Notes under the pieces: model-generated | What the model saw: the letters and a program-made list of their open reading frames with translations, nothing else | Database searches by the model: none | Told to the model about the DNA's origin: nothing | Made by a program: the position numbers and the translations under genes | Origin: Capillimicrobium sp. | GTDB lineage: Bacteria > Actinomycetota > Thermoleophilia > Solirubrobacterales > Solirubrobacteraceae | Direction of reading: 5' to 3' | DNA: 40,000 nt | Assembly (NCBI GenBank): GCA_035565675.1 | Contig: DATMSA010000037.1 | Span: forward strand, 13,173-53,172 | Shown here: positions 35,837 through 40,000 of the stretch, one piece after another | Layout: the number at the start of each line of letters is the position of its first letter | How positions within the stretch are numbered: position 1 is the stretch's first letter

Positions 35837-35874
35837 GGGGCCAGCAGATGTCAATCGACTGTGAGGAGGTGGAT

Positions 35875-36321
35875 ATGGCGCTTGTTCGCTGGGAGCCCGT
35901 GTCCATGAACCGGCTGTTCAACTCGCTCTTCGACACCCCGACCGGCTCGGCCCCCGTCCAGCGGCGCTGGGTGCCGGCGATGGACCTCGCCGAGACCGAC
36001 GACGCGTACGTCCTGCGGATGGACCTCCCGGGCCTGACGCCCGAGGACGTCCGCATCGAGATGGAGGGGCGCGTCCTCACCGTGTCGGGTGAGCGCAAGG
36101 CCGAGCACGAGTCCGAGGAGGCGGGCTACCGCCGCATCGAGCGCTCGTTCGGCGCGTTCCGCCGGTCGCTGACGCTCCCGGACGGCGTCGACCCCGAGGC
36201 GATCACCGCCAACTTCGACGCCGGCGTGCTGACCGTGCGCGTCCCCAAGCCCGAGGCGATCAAGCCGCACAAGGTCGCGATCGCCGTGGAGGGCAAGGAG
36301 GCCAAGGCTCTGGAGAGCTGA
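35875..36321 (+). CDS. hsp20: Hsp20/alpha-crystallin family small heat-shock protein
   Basis: WVPAMDLAETDDAYVLRMDLPG, ERSFGAFRRSLTLP and GVLTVRVPK. Confidence 0.9.
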   Translation: MALVRWEPVSMNRLFNSLFDTPTGSAPVQRRWVPAMDLAETDDAYVLRMDLPGLTPEDVRIEMEGRVLTVSGERKAEHESEEAGYRRIERSFGAFRRSLTLPDGVDPEAITANFDAGVLTVRVPKPEAIKPHKVAIAVEGKEAKALES

Positions 36322-36335
36322 ACGGCCGAGCCCGT

Positions 36336-36357
36336 GCCGCCGCAGGGACGCGGCGGC
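36336..36357 (+). terminator. GC hairpin after hsp20
   Basis: GCCGCCGC-agggac-GCGGCGGC, 15 nt after the stop. There is no U-tract. Confidence 0.35.
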
Positions 36358-36393
36358 CGCCGCACGGACGCGGCTCTCTAGGCTCCGGGGGCG

Positions 36394-37608
36394 ATGAGCG
36401 CCCTCGAGATCCTGTCGCGCGACCCCGGCTCGCAGGCGCGGGCCGGGGTCTTGCGCACCGCGCACGGCGACGTGCGCACGCCCGCCTTCGTCCCGCTCGC
36501 GACGAAGGCGACCGTGAAGGGCCTCGAGCCCCGCGACGTGGCCGCGCTCGGCTACGACATGGTGCTCGGCAACACCTTCCACCTGTTCCTCGACCCGGGC
36601 CACGAGCGCATCGGGCGCTTCGGCGGCCTGCACCGCTTCATGCGCTGGGACGGCCCGATCATCACCGACTCGGGCGGCTTCCAGGTCTTCAGCATGGGCC
36701 ACGGCACCGTCGCCGACGAGATCAAGGGCCGCGCCGCCCAGGGCGCCGACCGCGCCGGCGCCATCCTGTCGATCGAGGAGGAGGGCGTGCGCTTCCGCTC
36801 CTACCTCAACGGCGAGGAGCGCTTCATGGCGCCGGAGACCTCGATGGAGGTCCAGGCCGCGCTCGGCTCCGACCTCGCGCTCGTGTTCGACGAGTGCACG
36901 CCCTTCCACGTCACGCGCGACTACACCGCGCGCTCGACCGAGCGCACCCACCGGTGGCTGGCGCGCTGCCTGGACTGGCACGCCGAGCACGGGCCCGAGG
37001 GCCAGCTCGTCTACGGGATCGTGCAGGGCGGCGTGTACCCGGACCTGCGGCGCGAGTCGACCGAGGTCGTCGCGTCCGCCGCCGTCGACGGCGTCGCGAT
37101 CGGCGGCTCGCTCGGCGAGCACAAGGAGCAGATCTACGAGGTCACGGGCTGGTCGACGGCGGCGCTCGACGAGCTCGCCCCCGAGAAGCCGCGCCACCTG
37201 CTCGGCATCGGCGAGATCGACGACCTGATCCGCGGCGTCGAGCTGGGCATCGACCACTTCGACTGCGCGATGCCGACCCGCATCGGCCGCCACGGGATGG
37301 CGCTCGTGCCCGACCCCGAGGGGCGCTGGCGCGTCGACCTCACCGCCGCCCGCTGGAAGGACGCCGACGAGCCGATCATGGACGGCTGCCCGTGCCCGTG
37401 CTGCGAGGCCGGCTTCAGCCGCGGCTACCTGCGCTACCTGCTGAAGGCGCGCGAGCTCACCGGGCTGCGGCTCGTCACGCTGCACAACCTCGCGTTCGTG
37501 CAGCGGGTGATGACCGACCTGCGCGAGGCGATCCTCGCCGGCACGCTGGCCGAGACGGCCGCCGCGCTGCGCGCCGGCGCCGCGCCCGGGCTGGCGCAGC
37601 GGGCGTAG
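36394..37608 (+). CDS. tgt: tRNA-guanine transglycosylase (queuine tRNA-ribosyltransferase)
   Basis: TPAFVPLATKATVKG, LGNTFHL, TDSGGFQVFS, VFDECTP, GIVQGG and the zinc site CPCPCC...H. Confidence 0.9.
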   Translation: MSALEILSRDPGSQARAGVLRTAHGDVRTPAFVPLATKATVKGLEPRDVAALGYDMVLGNTFHLFLDPGHERIGRFGGLHRFMRWDGPIITDSGGFQVFSMGHGTVADEIKGRAAQGADRAGAILSIEEEGVRFRSYLNGEERFMAPETSMEVQAALGSDLALVFDECTPFHVTRDYTARSTERTHRWLARCLDWHAEHGPEGQLVYGIVQGGVYPDLRRESTEVVASAAVDGVAIGGSLGEHKEQIYEVTGWSTAALDELAPEKPRHLLGIGEIDDLIRGVELGIDHFDCAMPTRIGRHGMALVPDPEGRWRVDLTAARWKDADEPIMDGCPCPCCEAGFSRGYLRYLLKARELTGLRLVTLHNLAFVQRVMTDLREAILAGTLAETAAALRAGAAPGLAQRA

Positions 37609-37609
37609 C

Positions 37610-38473
37610 TCAGCGACGGACCGGCGACATCGGCCCCGAGCCCGGGGCCTGCGGGTTGGCCTCGGCGATCGCGATCGCCTCGCGCACGTCGCGGCGGCGC
37701 ATCGCGCCCAGCCCGACCAGCGGGTTGAGGACCCCGCGCGCCCACAGCACCGGGCCGACCCAGCGCGGCGCGTAGGCCCGCCGGGCGCGCCGCTCGATCG
37801 CGTCGGCCAGCGCGTCGACGGCCTCCGACAGCGGCGCGACCCCGCCGAGCAGGCCGCCCGCGCGGGTGGCCGGATGCGCCTGCGCCTCGCGCACCATGTC
37901 GGTGTCGATGAACGAGAAGTACGCGCAGCCCACCGCGACGCCCCTGGGCGCCAGCTCGATCCGCAGCGTGTTCGCGAGCGCGTCGACCCCCGCCTTGGAC
38001 GCCGCGTAGCAGGACATCATCGGCGCGTGGAGCGCGGCCGCCAGCGAGGCGATCGGCAGCACGTAGCCGCGGCGCTCGATCACGTGCGGCAGCGCGGCGC
38101 GGATCGTGCGGTAGACGCCGAGCAGGTTGACCTCGATCGTGCGCTCCCACGAGGCGTCGTCGAGCGTCGTGACGGTGCCGACCGGCGCGACGCCGGCGTT
38201 GGCGATGACCACGTCGATGCCGCCGAAGCGCTCGACGGTGCCGTCAACGGCGGCCTGGAGCGCGTCCGGGTCGGTGACGTCGGCCTCGAACCAGGCGGCT
38301 TCGGGGCCGAGCTCGTCGGCGAGCGCGGCCAGCAGGTCGGGCTCCAGCCCGACGAGCGACAGGCGGGCGCCGCGGGCGCGCAGCTCACGCGCCGTGGCGG
38401 CGCCGATGCCGCGCGCGGCGCCGGTGACGAGGACGACCTTGCCGGAGACCGGATACGACGGGGTGCGGGCCAT
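37610..38473 (-). CDS. SDR family oxidoreductase
   Basis: VTGAARGIG cofactor motif, NAGV and YAASKAG (catalytic YxxxK). Confidence 0.85.
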   Translation of the reverse strand: MARTPSYPVSGKVVLVTGAARGIGAATARELRARGARLSLVGLEPDLLAALADELGPEAAWFEADVTDPDALQAAVDGTVERFGGIDVVIANAGVAPVGTVTTLDDASWERTIEVNLLGVYRTIRAALPHVIERRGYVLPIASLAAALHAPMMSCYAASKAGVDALANTLRIELAPRGVAVGCAYFSFIDTDMVREAQAHPATRAGGLLGGVAPLSEAVDALADAIERRARRAYAPRWVGPVLWARGVLNPLVGLGAMRRRDVREAIAIAEANPQAPGSGPMSPVRR

Positions 38474-38498
38474 GGGGCGCCATGGTACCGCCCGGTAC

Positions 38499-39722
38499 CT
38501 ACCTCGTGTTGTCCTCGATCAGGTTGCGCATCGCGTCGACGCTCTGCTCGACCGAGTCGAACACGACGTTGCGAAGCTGCACGCGCTGGGAGTCGCTCAT
38601 CGACGTGATGATCGCGATCGCCACGCCCGCGCCGATCAGCGCCACGATCAGCAGCACGCCGAGCACCCGCTTGGCGCGGTTGCCGCGCTTCGGCTTGGAC
38701 CGGGCGGCCGCGGGCTCGGCGGCCGGCGCCGGCGGCGGCTGACGGCGGCGCGGCACCGGCTGGCGCGGCGCGACCGGGTGCTCGTCGGTCGGGTCCCAGA
38801 CCGGGGCGGCCGCGGCCGCCCCCGCGGGCAGCACCGACGTGGCCTCGGTGGCGCCCAGCGGGCTCGTCGCCGCGGTCGGCTCCTCGGGCGGGGCCTCGGC
38901 GGCGCGGTCCAGCGCGTCGCCCATCTCGCGGGCGCTCGCGTAGCGGTCGCGCGGGTCGATCGACAGCGCCACGGCCACCGCGCGGGCGAGCGCCGGCGTC
39001 ACGTCGGCGCGAAGCTGGTCCAGCCGCGGCGGCGCCTCGCGCTGCTGCTTGAGCACCAGCTCCGACAGCGACTGCGCCTCGTAGGGCAGCCGCGCGGCCA
39101 GGCACTGGTAGGTCACGACGCCCAGCGAGTACAGGTCGGCGCGCGGCCCGGCCTCCTCGCCGGCGGCCTGCTCGGGCGACAGGTAGGCGGCGGTGCCGAG
39201 GACCGAGCCGACCTGCGTGATCGACGACTGGTCGGTGGCGCGGGCGATCCCGAAGTCGGCGAGCTTGACGATCCCGTCGGGCGAGCGCAGCAGGTTGCCG
39301 GGCTTCACGTCGCGGTGCACGACGCCCTGGCGGTGCGCGTAGTCGAGGCCGTGGCAGGCCTGCACGACGATCGCCAGCGTCTCCTCGACGCCCAGCCCCT
39401 GGCCGCCGCGGTCGCGCAGGATCTGCGCCACCGACTGGCCCGGCACGTACTCCATGACGATGAAGTGGCGGCCGCTGGCCGCGTCGAGGCCGGAGTCGAA
39501 GACCTGGACGACGTTGGGGTGCACGAGCCGCGCCGCCGCCAGCGCCTCGCGCTGGAAGCGCGAGACGAACGTCGGGTCGTCGGCCAGGTGCTCGGCCAGC
39601 AGCTTGATCGCGACGTGGCGCTCCAGGCGCGTGTCGAGCGCCAGGTGCACGGTCGACATGCCGCCCAGGCCGAGGCGGCCCTCGATGCGGTAGCGGTCGG
39701 CGATCATCGTTCCCTCGGTCAT
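38499..39722 (-). CDS. Ser/Thr protein kinase (Hanks type) with one TM and short extracytoplasmic tail
   Basis: GLGGMSTVHLA, VAIKLL, HRDVKPGNLL, DFGIAR and SPEQA, followed by a Pro/Ala linker, the TM segment VLGVLLIVALIGAGVAIAII and a tail of about 45 aa. Confidence 0.9.
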   Translation of the reverse strand: MTEGTMIADRYRIEGRLGLGGMSTVHLALDTRLERHVAIKLLAEHLADDPTFVSRFQREALAAARLVHPNVVQVFDSGLDAASGRHFIVMEYVPGQSVAQILRDRGGQGLGVEETLAIVVQACHGLDYAHRQGVVHRDVKPGNLLRSPDGIVKLADFGIARATDQSSITQVGSVLGTAAYLSPEQAAGEEAGPRADLYSLGVVTYQCLAARLPYEAQSLSELVLKQQREAPPRLDQLRADVTPALARAVAVALSIDPRDRYASAREMGDALDRAAEAPPEEPTAATSPLGATEATSVLPAGAAAAAPVWDPTDEHPVAPRQPVPRRRQPPPAPAAEPAAARSKPKRGNRAKRVLGVLLIVALIGAGVAIAIITSMSDSQRVQLRNVVFDSVEQSVDAMRNLIEDNTR

Positions 39723-40000
39723 GGCGTCGGCGTCGCGCCTCCGGGCTCGCCGGAGCCGGGCACGGTCGCGCCGCCGGAGTCGGCCGGCGGCTCCGTCGTC
39801 GTCGGCGGCTCCGTGGTGGTGGGTGGCTCGGTCGTGGCGGGCGGCGGCTGCGTCTGGGTCGGCGTGGCGCCCGTGGGCGTCGTGTCGGTCGGCGTGGTGT
39901 CGGTCGGCGTCGTATCCGTGGGCGTGGTCTGGGGCGTCGTCTCCGGCGTCGTGTCCGTGCCGGCGTCGCGCCGCTCGAAGCACTCGTCGGGGGCGATCGT
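39719..40000 (-). CDS. partial CDS (3' end) with Thr/Pro-rich repetitive tail
   Basis: The minus frame reads TIAPDECFERRDAGTDTTPETTPQTTPTDTTPTDTTPTDTTPTGATPTQTQPPPATTEPPTTTEPPTTTEPPADSGG...TPTP*. The stop overlaps the kinase ATG (ATGA). The 5' end lies outside the window. Confidence 0.45.
   Translation of the reverse strand, partial: TIAPDECFERRDAGTDTTPETTPQTTPTDTTPTDTTPTDTTPTGATPTQTQPPPATTEPPTTTEPPTTTEPPADSGGATVPGSGEPGGATPTP

Overview
Very GC-rich, densely coding chromosomal segment with actinobacterial-type gene order. I call about 45 CDS and see no rRNA, tRNA or CRISPR. Many long ORFs in the track are antisense or out-of-frame artefacts of the high GC.

Gene order, left to right:
- Partial sugar-phosphate isomerase, a VTC-domain (polyphosphate-type) protein and a small membrane protein.
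- Two tandem paralogous methyl-accepting chemotaxis proteins.
- DUF202 and YdeI-like genes.
- A phosphate block: a receiver-less OmpR/PhoB-type winged-helix protein, pstB2-phoU, pstSCAB and an orphan PhoP-like response regulator. The block is punctuated by four sets of 11-bp-phased TTCACA direct repeats (PHO-box-like).
- A Tad-type pseudopilin cluster (2x TadE-like, then a TadG-like protein). The TadG-like gene appears to carry M15-peptidase and SLT modules and is interrupted by a visibly lower-GC cassette of about 3.9 kb. The cassette holds a small serine recombinase, a small ORF, an Eco29kI-like GIY-YIG endonuclease, a C5 DNA methyltransferase, Vsr and an unknown ORF.
- A structured 400-bp intergenic region.
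- Molybdopterin oxidoreductase and recQ (minus strand), then uvrC-rapZ-VOC.
- gap-pgk-tpiA-gpmI and an amidohydrolase.
- A MarR / ring-cleaving dioxygenase / carboxylesterase module.
- hsp20 with a near-consensus promoter, tgt, an SDR, a Ser/Thr kinase and a partial Thr/Pro-rich gene.

The most interesting loci are the recombinase-borne R-M-Vsr island with its disrupted target gene, and the unusual Pho regulatory architecture.
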